A DNA stretch of 64,000 nucleotides from Oscillospiraceae bacterium (GCA_022794215.1 JAAWEH010000028.1:2636-66635), one strand, 5' to 3'; positions 18,908 through 29,822 are shown, counted from the first letter of the stretch. Notes: generated from the sequence alone by a model not told the origin. Numbers and translations: made by a program.

Positions 18908-21900
18908 TCAATCCAGTTTTTCCCAAAATTCTTCCGCCGTCATCTTTGCAAGCCACCGCTTTTTATCTCCTCCCGTTCCCTCCCGGAACTGACAGGCGGC
19001 GGCATAGTCGCACCACTGGCAGGCATTGCGCTGGGGCTGCCAAAAGGGATCTGCGGCAATGTTTCCCGCCGCCAGCTCCTTGGCAATCTGTTCCAAAATC
19101 CGGCGGGTATGACGCTCCAGCTTGCCCAGACGCTCCGCCGTAACCAGATCCTCCCCGGTCATGAGGCCTGCCCGGTTCACCTTCACCGGCAGGAACCGGG
19201 GTGCCCCCTCTGCATGTTCCATGGCGGTCAGCACGTCCTCTTCGCCCAATATCAACCCGCTGCGGCGCAGCTGCTTGTCCACCGCCTTCCGCCGTTCTTC
19301 CTCCGTCATTGAACGGCTGCCGGCCACCACCGCGTCCCGGGCCGGAAGGTACAGCACTCCCGCCGGGAGGATCTCCTTCCCGAAAAGAGCTTTCCCCTCT
19401 TCTTTCAGCGTAAATAGATACAAAAGCATCTGAAGCCCCAGCCCGTTCCACACATCGGTAAAGTCAAAGGATTTCCGCCCCGTTTTATAATCCACCACCC
19501 GCAGATAGAGCTTTCCATCCTTCTCCCAGCCATCCACTCGATCCACAAAGCCGGAGACCGATACCGTCACGCCATCCACCTCCAGCTCCACCGGAGGCAG
19601 CGCGCCTTCCTTTCCTCCAAACCCCAGCTCAAAGGCTATGGGTTCAAAGTCGGAACGGGAGAGCTCCTCACATACGTTTTCCACTACGGCATAAACCGCC
19701 TTTTCCAAGCGGCGGAACAGATACCGAAACCGGGGCGTCTCCCCCTCAAGGCCTCCCAGTTCCTCATCCACATACCGTTTCACCACAGCAGAAACCTGCT
19801 CCCGGGTGGGAATAGAGGCATCCTTGCGCTCTTTCAGGATCTGCTCCAACACATAGTGGACAAACGTGCCGTACTCCGGGGCCTGAAACCCCGCGCTTTT
19901 CCGGGCCTTCGCCTTCAACCCATACTGCATAAAATAGGAAAAATGGCAGGAACGGTATTTATCCATCCGGGAAGCCGACATGGGCACCCGCTTTCCATAC
20001 AGAGCCTCCACCGCCGGACGGGTAAGGCTCCCCCGCTCCAAGCTGGCAGCGCGTTCCATCCGCTCCACCAGCACGGCGTATCCCTCCACTTCCTTCAGCA
20101 CCCGTCCCACCCAGGGCCGCCGCCCCGCCAGCTCCAACGCAGGCCGGGGGGCTGCCAGACGGAAGGACTCTCCCAGGGTTCGTTCATCCAGCAGGGGCAA
20201 ATCCGGGAAAAGGGCGCGCAGCTTCTTCACCAGAAAGGATGGCCGCCGTTCTTCCCCCGCCGTCCCAACCGCAGGATAGCTGATAACCAGCTTGTCTGAA
20301 GGCAGTGCGCAGCTTTCATAGACAATGGTCATCTCCCGCCACAGCTTGTCGGTCAGCCGGGGCGCCGTCTCCAGGCCAAAGGAGGCCAGAAGTGTGCGCT
20401 CCTCATCCCCCAGCAGGCCGGGGGATGGTGCCGCCGCAGGGATGGCAGTGTCATCAGCCCCCAACAGGTAAAGCACTTTACAATGCTTATGGGCCAGCCG
20501 GGGCATCTCCCCTGCCGTCACCTGATCCAAAGACACGGGGATCGCGCCCACCTGATACTGGGAAAGCACCAGCTTAAAAAGGCGGGCAAACTCCTCCCAC
20601 TCCATGGGCAGCGGCCCTAACAGTCCGGCGCACTGCTCCAAAGCGGCGCAAAGGATCTGCCAAAGCTGCTGATATTCCGCCGCCAGCGCCTCTTCCCCGC
20701 TCTCGCGCAGCTCCTGGGCACGCCGGGTCAAGCGCTGGGCCAACTGTATTTTCTCCAAAAAACCATAGAGGGCCAGGGCCAGCCCCTCCCCCGTTTTTTC
20801 CCCAACCCGGCGCAGCTCCTCCAAAGGCTGGATCACCTGCCGCCGAAGATCGTCCAACCGGGCCACCCGCTCCTTGTCCTCCGGCGTCCAGGAAAGTCCG
20901 TAGCCCTCGGGATGCTTGTCCCAGGGCTTACTCTGGGTCCACGCACCCCCCCGCAGCTCCCACTTAATGGCATAGTTCTCCAGCTGATCCACCTGATCCA
21001 GTTCCAGCCCGGTCAACCCCGTTTTCAGATAGCGGAACAGATCCTCATAGCGGTAATCCCACGCCACCGTATCCAAAGCGGCAGTTACCAGCGTCAAAAC
21101 CGGTTTTTGAAGCACATCATCCATCTGGGCCAGAAAAACAGGCAGTCCATACCGGGGAAAAATGAGGGAGATCAGGGGGCCATATATCTCCATGCTCCGC
21201 GCAGTGATGGCCAGCTCCCGGTAGCGGTATCCCTCCTCCCGCACCAGCCGAGACAGCTCCGCAGCAGCCCGTTCCACCTCGGCATAAGGCGAAAGGGCCC
21301 GGTAAAGCTCTACCCCCTGCGGGCATCCGGACAGACTGGTCTCCCGGGCGGAAAACAGGTGCTTTTCTATCTGAGCGATCCCTTTCGCCGCCTGAACGGA
21401 AGGCTCCATCCGGGTCTCTACCTCCACCGGAACCCCCAGCTGTCGGGCCAGCGATAGGAGCTTGTGGGCCGTCCGCCGGGCGGGAGAGAACACATCCTCC
21501 TGCCCCCCCTCCAAGCTGTCGCAGGTAAGGGCTACCGTCACCGAGTCGGCCTGTTTTAAGATCTGCTCCAACACCTGCCGCTCCTGGGCAGTAAAATCAG
21601 TGAAGCTGTCCAGATACACATCCCGTCCCTGAAACCAGCCGCAGGTGGTCAGCGCCTGGGCAAGCCGGGTCAGCTTGTCCCGGGGATCCGCGCCCCGCTG
21701 GGCACAGTAGGCGTCATAAGCTCCGCAGATAAGGGAGATATCCCAAAGCTTATCGCCCTGTTCTCCCTCCACGCTCTGCGCTACCTCCAATAGCTGTGCC
21801 GGCGAGATGGCCGCCCCTTTGCACTCATCCACCGTAGCCGCCAACTGGGAAAGAAACTGGGGCCGGCGGGAGGGCCGGGCATACACCTTCAGCCGATCTG

Positions 21901-22195
21901 CCACCGACTTCAGCGCCACCTCCATCAGCAACAGCCGCCCCCCGGCGTCCAGCACAGGCTCCGCAAGCCCCCCGCACACCGAGAACACCCGGTTTGCAAG
22001 CCGGGTAAAGGAAAGAACCTCCGCCCGGAGACTCACCCCATTGCCCGCCACCGCGCACAGCCGGCGCTCCGAATCGTGGGAATGCTGCTCGGGAACGATC
22101 AGCAGCTGGGGCCGCCGGGTCGATTCCTGAGCGATCCTGCGCAAAAGCGCCGTAGATTTTCCCGTGGCCGCCCGCCCCAAAAGCAGTTTCAGCAT
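18908..22195 (-). CDS. addB: Helicase-nuclease subunit AddB
   Basis: GRAATGKS, VPEQ, GFVDRVD, VVDYKTG, QMLLY, Fe-S staple C...CQWC..AC. Confidence 0.94.
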   Translation of the reverse strand: MLKLLLGRAATGKSTALLRRIAQESTRRPQLLIVPEQHSHDSERRLCAVAGNGVSLRAEVLSFTRLANRVFSVCGGLAEPVLDAGGRLLLMEVALKSVADRLKVYARPSRRPQFLSQLAATVDECKGAAISPAQLLEVAQSVEGEQGDKLWDISLICGAYDAYCAQRGADPRDKLTRLAQALTTCGWFQGRDVYLDSFTDFTAQERQVLEQILKQADSVTVALTCDSLEGGQEDVFSPARRTAHKLLSLARQLGVPVEVETRMEPSVQAAKGIAQIEKHLFSARETSLSGCPQGVELYRALSPYAEVERAAAELSRLVREEGYRYRELAITARSMEIYGPLISLIFPRYGLPVFLAQMDDVLQKPVLTLVTAALDTVAWDYRYEDLFRYLKTGLTGLELDQVDQLENYAIKWELRGGAWTQSKPWDKHPEGYGLSWTPEDKERVARLDDLRRQVIQPLEELRRVGEKTGEGLALALYGFLEKIQLAQRLTRRAQELRESGEEALAAEYQQLWQILCAALEQCAGLLGPLPMEWEEFARLFKLVLSQYQVGAIPVSLDQVTAGEMPRLAHKHCKVLYLLGADDTAIPAAAPSPGLLGDEERTLLASFGLETAPRLTDKLWREMTIVYESCALPSDKLVISYPAVGTAGEERRPSFLVKKLRALFPDLPLLDERTLGESFRLAAPRPALELAGRRPWVGRVLKEVEGYAVLVERMERAASLERGSLTRPAVEALYGKRVPMSASRMDKYRSCHFSYFMQYGLKAKARKSAGFQAPEYGTFVHYVLEQILKERKDASIPTREQVSAVVKRYVDEELGGLEGETPRFRYLFRRLEKAVYAVVENVCEELSRSDFEPIAFELGFGGKEGALPPVELEVDGVTVSVSGFVDRVDGWEKDGKLYLRVVDYKTGRKSFDFTDVWNGLGLQMLLYLFTLKEEGKALFGKEILPAGVLYLPARDAVVAGSRSMTEEERRKAVDKQLRRSGLILGEEDVLTAMEHAEGAPRFLPVKVNRAGLMTGEDLVTAERLGKLERHTRRILEQIAKELAAGNIAADPFWQPQRNACQWCDYAAACQFREGTGGDKKRWLAKMTAEEFWEKLD

Positions 22196-22242
22196 AGGTA
22201 AGCCTCCTTTCTCTTTCGCTTGGGTAAAAATAAAACCTCTCT

Positions 22243-23550
22243 TTATTCGCAGCGCCAAAATGCCACGCTATAGGGCGGCAGCTCAACCCCTCCGTCGAAC
22301 ACGCGCTCCACCCCCGTCAGCAAGTTCACCGCCCGGCTGCAGCCGGCGTCAAAATGGGCCCAATAGGGCTCCCCATCAGCATTTACGGCCACCAGCACCC
22401 GTTCACTCTGACTCTGGCGCTCAAACACCGTCTGCCGGTTGGTCAGCAACAGTTCCCGGAAGTCTCCCCAGCACAGGGCCGTGCTCTCCCGGTGGGCCTT
22501 GGCCATGGCAGCGATCCGGTCGGTCAATTCGTTCCACTCCGGCCTTTCAAAGCTGGGCCGCAGGGCTTGATCTCCCCAGCTCTTCTCCCCCTTTGCTCCC
22601 CACTCGCTGCCGTAATATAAGCAGGGGATCCCGGGCATCCCAAACAAAAGCCCGTAAATCAAAGGGAGGTGGGCCGGATTTTGCAGAATACTGGCCACTC
22701 TGGTCACATCGTGGTTGTCGGCAAAGCACATCAAATGCTTTCCCTTATAAAGCGTCCACTGCTCCGGCCCAAACTGCCGCTTTAAGGAGTGGACGATCTC
22801 AAACAGGTTCATGGAATTGAGGCTGGAGTATAGGCCCTTATAACATTCATAGTTGGTGCAGGAGTGGAGCAGTCCGTCCCCCACCCACTGGTTATAGTCT
22901 CCGTGGAGGGTTTCCCCCACCAGGAAAAACTCCGGCTTCAGCCCATCGCAAAAGCTGCGCAGCCGATAGAGAAACTCTTTATCCAGGCTGTATGCCACGT
23001 CCAGGCGAAGGCCGTCGATGTCAAACTCCTCCGCCCAAAACCGCACGGTATCCAAAAGGTAGTCCACCACCGCCGGATTGCGCAGGTTCAGCTTTACCAG
23101 CTCAAAATGCCCCTCCCAGCCCTCATACCAAAAACCGTCGTCATAGCCGGAATTTCCGTCAAAATGGATGTAAAACCAGTCCTTATAGGGGGAATCCCAT
23201 TTTTTCTCCTGCACATCCCGAAAGGCCCAGAATCCCCGGCCCACATGGTTAAACACGCCATCCAAAATCACCTTAATCCCCCGGGCATGGAACTCCTCCA
23301 CTACCTGCTTCAGATCCCCATTCTCCCCCAAACGGCAATCCACCGTGCGATAGTCCCTCGTATCATAGCCGTGGCAGTCACTTTCAAAGACCGGCCCGAG
23401 GTAGAGGGCATTTGCCCCCAATTTTTCAATGTGAGCCCCCCATTCGATCAGCTTTTGCAGCCGGTGGACGAGAACGCCGTCGTTTTCCCGGCCCGCGCCG
23501 CAAAAGCCCAGGGGATAGATCTGATAAAACACACTATTTTCATACCACAT
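22243..23550 (-). CDS. GH13 alpha-amylase family glycosidase (cyclomaltodextrinase-like)
   Basis: HGYDT, DGVFNH, GLRLDVA, GE, DNHD catalytic motifs; no signal peptide. Confidence 0.9.
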   Translation of the reverse strand: MWYENSVFYQIYPLGFCGAGRENDGVLVHRLQKLIEWGAHIEKLGANALYLGPVFESDCHGYDTRDYRTVDCRLGENGDLKQVVEEFHARGIKVILDGVFNHVGRGFWAFRDVQEKKWDSPYKDWFYIHFDGNSGYDDGFWYEGWEGHFELVKLNLRNPAVVDYLLDTVRFWAEEFDIDGLRLDVAYSLDKEFLYRLRSFCDGLKPEFFLVGETLHGDYNQWVGDGLLHSCTNYECYKGLYSSLNSMNLFEIVHSLKRQFGPEQWTLYKGKHLMCFADNHDVTRVASILQNPAHLPLIYGLLFGMPGIPCLYYGSEWGAKGEKSWGDQALRPSFERPEWNELTDRIAAMAKAHRESTALCWGDFRELLLTNRQTVFERQSQSERVLVAVNADGEPYWAHFDAGCSRAVNLLTGVERVFDGGVELPPYSVAFWRCE

Positions 23551-23672
23551 GGTCTATAATTCCTCTCCAAATTGGGGTATATTGCGCATCTATATTCCTT
23601 TTTTCAGCTTTCCGCTCCCTTTGCTTAAAAAAGCGGAAGTTTCAAATATTATAGCACACTTTGCCCCAAAGG

Positions 23673-23703
23673 AAAAGAGCCGCCGGCATAGCCGGCGGCT
23701 CTT
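23673..23703 (-). terminator. Terminator after the BMP lipoprotein gene
   Basis: AAGAGCCGCCGGC-loop-GCCGGCGGCTCTTTT. Confidence 0.75.
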
Positions 23704-23721
23704 GAAAGGCGGGGTATAGAA

Positions 23722-24864
23722 TTACTGCTCGATGAAGGTGACGTTCACGTTGGCGCAGCCCAGATCGACGGGGGACTCAGCAGCGTCGTCCTTCTTGGGG
23801 GCGATGGCGCCGCTGGCCAGCTTGCCAAACAGATCGTCATAGTCAGCCTGGGTGAAGTTCTCCCACTTGGAGGTCTCCATGGGCAGCTTCACGGCCTCGC
23901 TGTCAGCGCCCAGGGTCAGGTTCTGACCACCGGGGAACTCGCCGGCATAGTAGGCGTCCAGCATCTGGCTGACAGACTCAGCCAGGCCCTTCATGGCGGA
24001 GGAGATAACGGTGTCAGACTCGGGGGACTGGTCAACGTCAACGCCGATGACCTTGCCGTTGTTCTGCTCAGCAGCAGCCATGGCGGAGTTGCCCACGGAG
24101 CCGCCGCAGCCGAAGACCACCTCGGTGCCGGCCTGATACCAGCCGGCAGCCAGAGCCTGAGCCTCGGGAGTGGCATCGAAGCCGCCGGTGTAGTAGTACA
24201 TCATGTCCACGGTCTCGCCGGCCTCAGCAGCGGCGTCGTTGGCGCCCTGGACGAAGCCGTAGCCGTAACGGACAACAGCGGGAACGGCCTGGCCGCCCAG
24301 GAAGCCCAGCTTGGTGTAGCCGTCCTTGACGGCGGCGTAGCCGGCCAGGTAGCCCACCTGCTCCTCGGAGAAGAGGATGCCCACGGTGTTGTCAGCAGTC
24401 TTGAAGTCGCTGTAGTCGCCGCTGTGGGGGTTGCCGTCGATCAGGACGAAGGACACATCGGGATACTTGTCCTGCACCACATAGATGGGCTCCTCAAACA
24501 GGAAGCCGGGGGTGACCACGATCTTGTGGCCGTCTCCGATGGCCTGCTCGATCATGGCGATGTAGGCGTCGGTGGTAGCCTCAACGGGCTTGTAGTACTG
24601 GCAGGTCTTGCCGTTCTCGGCGCAGTAGGCCTGGATGCCTTCCCAGGTGCCCTGGTTGAAGGACTTGTCGTTGATGTCGCCCTTATCGGTGATCATGGCG
24701 ATGCTGGCATCGGCAGGATCGACGGTGGGGGCGGTGCTCTCCACAGGAGTGGTGCTCTCAACGGGAGCGGGAGTGGGGGTCGTGGCAGTGTCGCCTCCAC
24801 AGGCGGTGAGACCCGCCAGCATACCGCCGGCCAGGAGCAGAGCAAGGATACGAGACTTGTTCAT
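23722..24864 (-). CDS. BMP/PnrA-family nucleoside-binding ABC lipoprotein
   Basis: Lipobox LTAC, P/T-rich linker, DKSFNQ, GYLAGY, VIGVDVDQ, SAMK; strong GC3 codon bias. Confidence 0.9.
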   Translation of the reverse strand: MNKSRILALLLAGGMLAGLTACGGDTATTPTPAPVESTTPVESTAPTVDPADASIAMITDKGDINDKSFNQGTWEGIQAYCAENGKTCQYYKPVEATTDAYIAMIEQAIGDGHKIVVTPGFLFEEPIYVVQDKYPDVSFVLIDGNPHSGDYSDFKTADNTVGILFSEEQVGYLAGYAAVKDGYTKLGFLGGQAVPAVVRYGYGFVQGANDAAAEAGETVDMMYYYTGGFDATPEAQALAAGWYQAGTEVVFGCGGSVGNSAMAAAEQNNGKVIGVDVDQSPESDTVISSAMKGLAESVSQMLDAYYAGEFPGGQNLTLGADSEAVKLPMETSKWENFTQADYDDLFGKLASGAIAPKKDDAAESPVDLGCANVNVTFIEQ

Positions 24865-25112
24865 TTCAGTTCATACCTTCCTTTCATTCTTGCTTCTTTT
24901 CTGTTTGTCCGGAAACCCGCGCATAGAACGCGCTTTCCCGAACCGTTCCAATTCATTATACCTGTTCCCCCCAAAAAGCGCAATACGTTTTTGTGAAGTG
25001 ACAAAGATTTTTTACAAAAGTGTTAAATCTTCCTTCTCTCCCTTCCTCAGCTTTGGGAAGGTTTTTGCAAAAAAAGAGGACGGCCTCCGCCGTCCTCTTT
25101 CTCCTATCCAGC

Positions 25113-25778
25113 TCAGTAGCCTTCCCCCTGCTGGCCCTTGGCCAGCTTTACGATGCGGGAAGTACCCAAGCGCTCTGCTCCCAGGTCGATAAAGTCCTGG
25201 GCGTCCTGGAGGCTGCTGATGCCTCCGGCAGCCTTGATTTTCACATTGGGCCCCACATGGGCCTTGAAGAGCTTTACGTCCTCCCGGGTGGCTCCCGCAG
25301 TGGAAAACCCAGTGGAGGTCTTGATATAATCCGCCCCGGATTCCGTAACGATCTCGCACATTTTGATCTTTTCCTCCTCCGTCAGGAGGCAGGTCTCAAC
25401 AATCACCTTCAAGATCCGTCCAGAGCAGCTCTGCTTCACAGCCTTGATCTCCTCCAGCAGCCGATCCCACCGCTGGGACTTCACCCAACCGATGTTGATG
25501 ACCATGTCGATCTCATCGGCGCCGTGGCGGATGGCATTCTCGGTCTCAAAGGCCTTGACCGCCGTGGTGGAATAGCCATTGGGAAAACCGATGACGGTGC
25601 ATACCTTCATCCGATCCCCCAGATACTCGTTGGCCCGCTTGACATAGGCCGGCGGAATACACACGCTGGCACAGCCAAACTTCAGTGCATCGTCACATAC
25701 CTCTTTGATCTGCTCCCAGGTGCTCTCCTGCTTCAAAAGCGTATGGTCGCAGCGGCTGAGGATATCCTTCAGATCCAT
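25113..25778 (-). CDS. deoC: Deoxyribose-phosphate aldolase
   Basis: DHTLLK, VIGFPNG, DMVINIG, KTSTGF, KAAGGI, RLGTS. Confidence 0.96.
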   Translation of the reverse strand: MDLKDILSRCDHTLLKQESTWEQIKEVCDDALKFGCASVCIPPAYVKRANEYLGDRMKVCTVIGFPNGYSTTAVKAFETENAIRHGADEIDMVINIGWVKSQRWDRLLEEIKAVKQSCSGRILKVIVETCLLTEEEKIKMCEIVTESGADYIKTSTGFSTAGATREDVKLFKAHVGPNVKIKAAGGISSLQDAQDFIDLGAERLGTSRIVKLAKGQQGEGY

Positions 25779-25841
25779 AGTTGCTCTTCCTTTCCCTGTG
25801 AAATACGAAAGACCCAAACGGAGATGTTCCCTCCGGTCTTG

Positions 25842-26966
25842 TCAAAGCTTAATGAGCTCATACTCCCGCGTACCCAGGCCGATCTTCTCCCCGTGCTCCA
25901 GGCAGGTCTTCCATTCGCTGCCCTCCGTGCAGTTTTCAAAGTGGTCGTGGTGATCCACAAAGTCCTTCGCCTTCATCCGGCGATACAGCTGGCTTCCGGG
26001 AATGGGTTCCCGCTCCATGCAGGCGTCGGCGCAGGCCTGATCCAGGGCCACCGGATCAAAGGAGGCAAACATACCGATATCAGGCAGAATGGGAACATCG
26101 TTCTCCCCATGGCAGTCGCAGTTGGGGGAAATATCCCGCACCAGGCTGATATGGAAGCAGGGCCGGCCATCCACCACCGCTTTGGCATATTCCGCCATCT
26201 TCCGGTTAAGCATCTGAACGCTGTCCCAGCTGGGATTGGCAATGGCGTCAAAGTTACAGGCCCCGATGCAGCGGCCACAGCCCACGCACTTGCTGTGGTC
26301 GATCGTCGCCTTCCGATCCTCTCCATAAGAGATGGCGTCCTGCCCGCACTGCTTGGCGCAGGCCCGGCATCCCACACAAACTGCCTGATCCACAATGGGC
26401 TTACCGGCATTGTGCTGCTCCATCTTTCCGGCCCGGCTGCCGCAGCCCATGCCAATATTCTTTACCGCCCCGCCAAAGCCGGCCTGCTCATGTCCTTTAA
26501 AGTGTGTCAAAGAGATAAAAATATCCGCATCCATCACTGCCCGCCCGATCTTGGCCGTCTTGATGTACTCTCCTCCCTCCACAGGCACTTCAATATCGTC
26601 GGTTCCCTTCAGTCCGTCGCCAATAATGACCTGGCAGCCTGTGGTCAAAGGAGAAAAGCCGTTTTCATAGGCTGCATCCAAATGCTCCAGCGCGTTCTTC
26701 CGCCGGCCTACATACAGCGTGTTGCAGTCGCACAAAAAGGGAAGTCCACCGCGGGCCTTGACATAGTCGGCCACCACCTTCGCATAGTTGGGACGCAGGA
26801 AACTCAGGTTACCCGGCTCGCCAAAATGCATCTTGATGCAGACCATTTTCTTGTGGAAGTCGATCTCTCCCGCTCCGCCCTTTTCCATCAGGCGCGCCAG
26901 CTTATCCAGCTGGCTGGTTCCCACAGGCACATGGAAATCCGTAAAATAAACTTTTGAAGCCGCCAT
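25842..26966 (-). CDS. DUF362 protein with 2x[4Fe-4S] ferredoxin insert
   Basis: KMHFGE.GN, HFKGH, KNIGMGC, CVGCRAC..CG, CVGCGRC..AC, DPVALD. Confidence 0.88.
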   Translation of the reverse strand: MAASKVYFTDFHVPVGTSQLDKLARLMEKGGAGEIDFHKKMVCIKMHFGEPGNLSFLRPNYAKVVADYVKARGGLPFLCDCNTLYVGRRKNALEHLDAAYENGFSPLTTGCQVIIGDGLKGTDDIEVPVEGGEYIKTAKIGRAVMDADIFISLTHFKGHEQAGFGGAVKNIGMGCGSRAGKMEQHNAGKPIVDQAVCVGCRACAKQCGQDAISYGEDRKATIDHSKCVGCGRCIGACNFDAIANPSWDSVQMLNRKMAEYAKAVVDGRPCFHISLVRDISPNCDCHGENDVPILPDIGMFASFDPVALDQACADACMEREPIPGSQLYRRMKAKDFVDHHDHFENCTEGSEWKTCLEHGEKIGLGTREYELIKL

Positions 26967-27014
26967 GGTTTTTCTCCTTTCCTTTTCCCAAAATTATGTT
27001 CAAAAATGTTCTTT

Positions 27015-27704
27015 TTACGCCGCTGTTTCTGCCTGCTTTTTCCCCGTAAGGGTAAGTACGCAAAGGCTCACCAAAAGGATTCCGGCACACACCAAGCAGG
27101 CCTTCTGCCCCAGCGCCGCACACAGCGGCACTCCCGCAGCAGCCGATGCAATAAAGGCGGCAATAACAATAAAATAGCACCCCGCGCTGCTCAAGGCCTT
27201 CTTATCCCTGGTCTCCCAATAGCGGAACAGCTGTTCACTGCCGCTGCGCAGGTTTCCGGTACACATGGTGGAGGCAAAGGGATTCCCCTCCACCTTCCGG
27301 AAGCTTTCCACCTGCACGGCACTGACAAATGCCACCAGCATATTCGCCAGAAGCTCCATAGACTCCGGCAGGAAAGCCGTTACCGTTACGAGCAGGATCT
27401 CCACGCCCAAAGTCAGCTGTCGCCAGGGGATATCTCCCCGCCCCTTCCAGGCCGAGATCGCCGCCTCAGCTGCCCATATTCCCATGGCAAAGGCCAGGAT
27501 CGGCGGGATATAGTGAAGGGCCCGGAGGGGTTCCCCCTGCATCAGCTTTAGAGCAACCTGAAGCATATTCCCCGTCTGCATACTGGAAAATACACCGCCC
27601 CGGATCAGGTATGTATAAGCGTCCAAAAGTCCGCCGGACAAAGCCAGAATAATCCCCAGGGGAAGGGCTTCCGCCGCCGCTGTTCTTTTATTTGCGTTAT
27701 CCAT
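27015..27704 (-). CDS. YoaK/DUF1275 membrane protein
   Basis: GG.LDAY, F.SMQTGN, STMCTGNLR. Confidence 0.88.
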   Translation of the reverse strand: MDNANKRTAAAEALPLGIILALSGGLLDAYTYLIRGGVFSSMQTGNMLQVALKLMQGEPLRALHYIPPILAFAMGIWAAEAAISAWKGRGDIPWRQLTLGVEILLVTVTAFLPESMELLANMLVAFVSAVQVESFRKVEGNPFASTMCTGNLRSGSEQLFRYWETRDKKALSSAGCYFIVIAAFIASAAAGVPLCAALGQKACLVCAGILLVSLCVLTLTGKKQAETAA

Positions 27705-27709
27705 GCCGC

Positions 27710-28066
27710 TTACAGCCCCAGATTCAGCCCACCGGTGATTCGTCCCATGGAATCGGCAGCGTCAGCCTCAGCGGTGCGCATAGCCTCGTTGACCGCGGCC
27801 ACCACCATGTCCTGGAGCATCTCCACATCCTGCGGATCCACCGCTTCAGGATCGATGGTCACCGACAAAAGCTGGTGCCGGCCATTAACCTCAGCCGTAA
27901 CCACACCGCCGCCTGCAGCAGCGCTGTAGGTCTTGGCTCCCAGCTCCTCCTGCATCTTGGCCATCTCCTGCTGCATCTTCTGAACCTGCTTGACCATATT
28001 CATGTTCATGCCGCCGCCCATGCCGCCCATGCCACCAAAGCCGCGGCCGTTAAATCCCTTTGCCAT
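27710..28066 (-). CDS. ybaB: YbaB/EbfC nucleoid-associated protein
   Basis: QKMQ..M, GGGVV, DVEMLQD..AAVNEA; follows dnaX. Confidence 0.93.
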   Translation of the reverse strand: MAKGFNGRGFGGMGGMGGGMNMNMVKQVQKMQQEMAKMQEELGAKTYSAAAGGGVVTAEVNGRHQLLSVTIDPEAVDPQDVEMLQDMVVAAVNEAMRTAEADAADSMGRITGGLNLGL

Positions 28067-28073
28067 TGCTCCT

Positions 28074-29822
28074 TCACTCCTCTATGATAATATCTCCGAA
28101 CTGCTTCCCCAGGGCCAGCAGATCGTCTAATTTGTCATGCTCCTCCCCGCTCTCTTCCCTTGCCTGGGGAGGGGCCGCCGGAGGCGTTCCCACAGTCACA
28201 ACCGCCCGATAAGGGCCGCCCAGCAACTGATTGGCCGCTTTTTCCATAACGGCCAGGATCCCGGGCTTAGATACCATACTCTTTACAAAATCATCTTGCA
28301 CCCACAGGGTCAGCAGGGGCCCATCCACCGTTCCCCGCACCATGGCGGGGTTCGCCAGGAAGCTATACTCCCCCATGGGGATCCGCCCCTTCAGCCCCGC
28401 TATCAGCCCCGGCCAAAAATCCCCCGAGACGGGGGCGGTCCCGGCCGCCGGCTCGGATGTGGGTTCGACTGCCTTCTTCGCCGGCTCCGGCTTAGAAACC
28501 GGCTTGGGGGGCTTTGGTATAAGGGGCGTCTCCTCCGGCAATGGCGGAGGCTCCATATCCCAGGGCGGCATATCCTCCGGCTCTTCTTCCTCAGAGGGCT
28601 TCACCGCCTTTGTTTCCACGGCTTTTATCGGAACTGTCCTTGACCGCTCCGCACTCACGTCCATCACAGGAACCCCAGCCGCCATCTGCTCCTCCAGCCG
28701 CGTCAGCCGTGCGTTCATTCCCGCTGCGGAGTCGTCCAGTGTTTCATCACACAGCCGGATCAAGCAGAGTTCCGCATCCACCCGCCGGTTTGCACTGCGG
28801 CCCAGATCCGCTCCCGTGCGCTGGAGTTGTCCCAGCATCTGGGATAGCCGGGATACCGTCAACCGCTCCGAAAGCCCCCGCAGCGTCCCCTCGTCATAGC
28901 CTCCGTTCAGCAGCCCTACGCCGCCGCGGGGGGCCGTCTTGCGGATCAGCAGATCCCGCGCCAACGAAGACAATTCATTCAGTAAGCTGCCCACGTCCTT
29001 CCCGGCAGCATAAAGCCGATCCATCCGTTCCAGCGCACCTCCGGCGTCCCGCTCAGCGATCTGCCCCATAAGCGCGGCAGTTTCCACGTTGCCGGCCAGT
29101 CCCAAGGCGTCCAGGATCGCCCGCTCTCCCAGCTCGCCATCGCCGCTTCCTGCGCACTGATCCAGCAGGCTGAGGGCGTCCCGCATTCCGCCGTCAGCCA
29201 GACGGGAAAGGAGGGCCACTCCCTCTTCCGTCAAGGGGATCTGCTCCTCCTGAGACACATACTTGAGCCGCCGGGCAATGTCACCGGGGGCAAGGCGCTT
29301 AAACGCAAACTGCTGACAGCGGGACTTAATCGTGGCGGGCACCTTGTGCAGCTCAGTGGTGGCCAATATAAACATTAAGTGCTCCGGCGGCTCCTCCAGG
29401 ATCTTCAGCAAGGCGTTAAAGGCCGGCGTAGAGAGCATGTGAACCTCGTCCACAATATAAACCCGCTTACGCACCGCCGCCGGGGAATAAACCGCCTCAT
29501 CCCGAAGGGCCCGAACCTGATCCACACCGTTGTTGGAGGCCGCGTCCAGCTCCAAAACCTCCATCACCGAGCCATCCTCGATTCCCCGGCAGGCCGGACA
29601 TGCGTTGCAGGGATTGCCGTCCACCGGCGCCTCGCAGTTCACCGCCCGGGCCAAGATCTTGGCACAGGAGGTCTTGCCCGTTCCTCTGGTACCGGTGAAA
29701 AGATAGGCATGGGAAAGCCGCCCCTCCTGCACCTGGCGCTTGAGGGTCTCTGTAATGTGGCCTTGGCCCACCACATCATCAAAGACGCGGGGCCGCCATT
29801 TTCGATAAAGGGCCTGATACAA
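28074..29822 (-). CDS. dnaX: DNA polymerase III gamma/tau
   Basis: YRKWRP, GTRGTGKT, DEVHML, LEEPP, SRC; TTG start after GAGGTG. Confidence 0.97.
   Translation of the reverse strand: MYQALYRKWRPRVFDDVVGQGHITETLKRQVQEGRLSHAYLFTGTRGTGKTSCAKILARAVNCEAPVDGNPCNACPACRGIEDGSVMEVLELDAASNNGVDQVRALRDEAVYSPAAVRKRVYIVDEVHMLSTPAFNALLKILEEPPEHLMFILATTELHKVPATIKSRCQQFAFKRLAPGDIARRLKYVSQEEQIPLTEEGVALLSRLADGGMRDALSLLDQCAGSGDGELGERAILDALGLAGNVETAALMGQIAERDAGGALERMDRLYAAGKDVGSLLNELSSLARDLLIRKTAPRGGVGLLNGGYDEGTLRGLSERLTVSRLSQMLGQLQRTGADLGRSANRRVDAELCLIRLCDETLDDSAAGMNARLTRLEEQMAAGVPVMDVSAERSRTVPIKAVETKAVKPSEEEEPEDMPPWDMEPPPLPEETPLIPKPPKPVSKPEPAKKAVEPTSEPAAGTAPVSGDFWPGLIAGLKGRIPMGEYSFLANPAMVRGTVDGPLLTLWVQDDFVKSMVSKPGILAVMEKAANQLLGGPYRAVVTVGTPPAAPPQAREESGEEHDKLDDLLALGKQFGDIIIEE

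Noticed and set aside
24725-24790. Short tandem repeat PVEST-T-PVEST and other P/T-rich stretches (also 47760-47850)
   Set aside because: Ordinary low-complexity lipoprotein or surface-protein linkers.
28074-29822. Programmed frameshift in dnaX (gamma/tau)
   Set aside because: No A-AAA-AAG slippery site or long A-run seen in the linker region.
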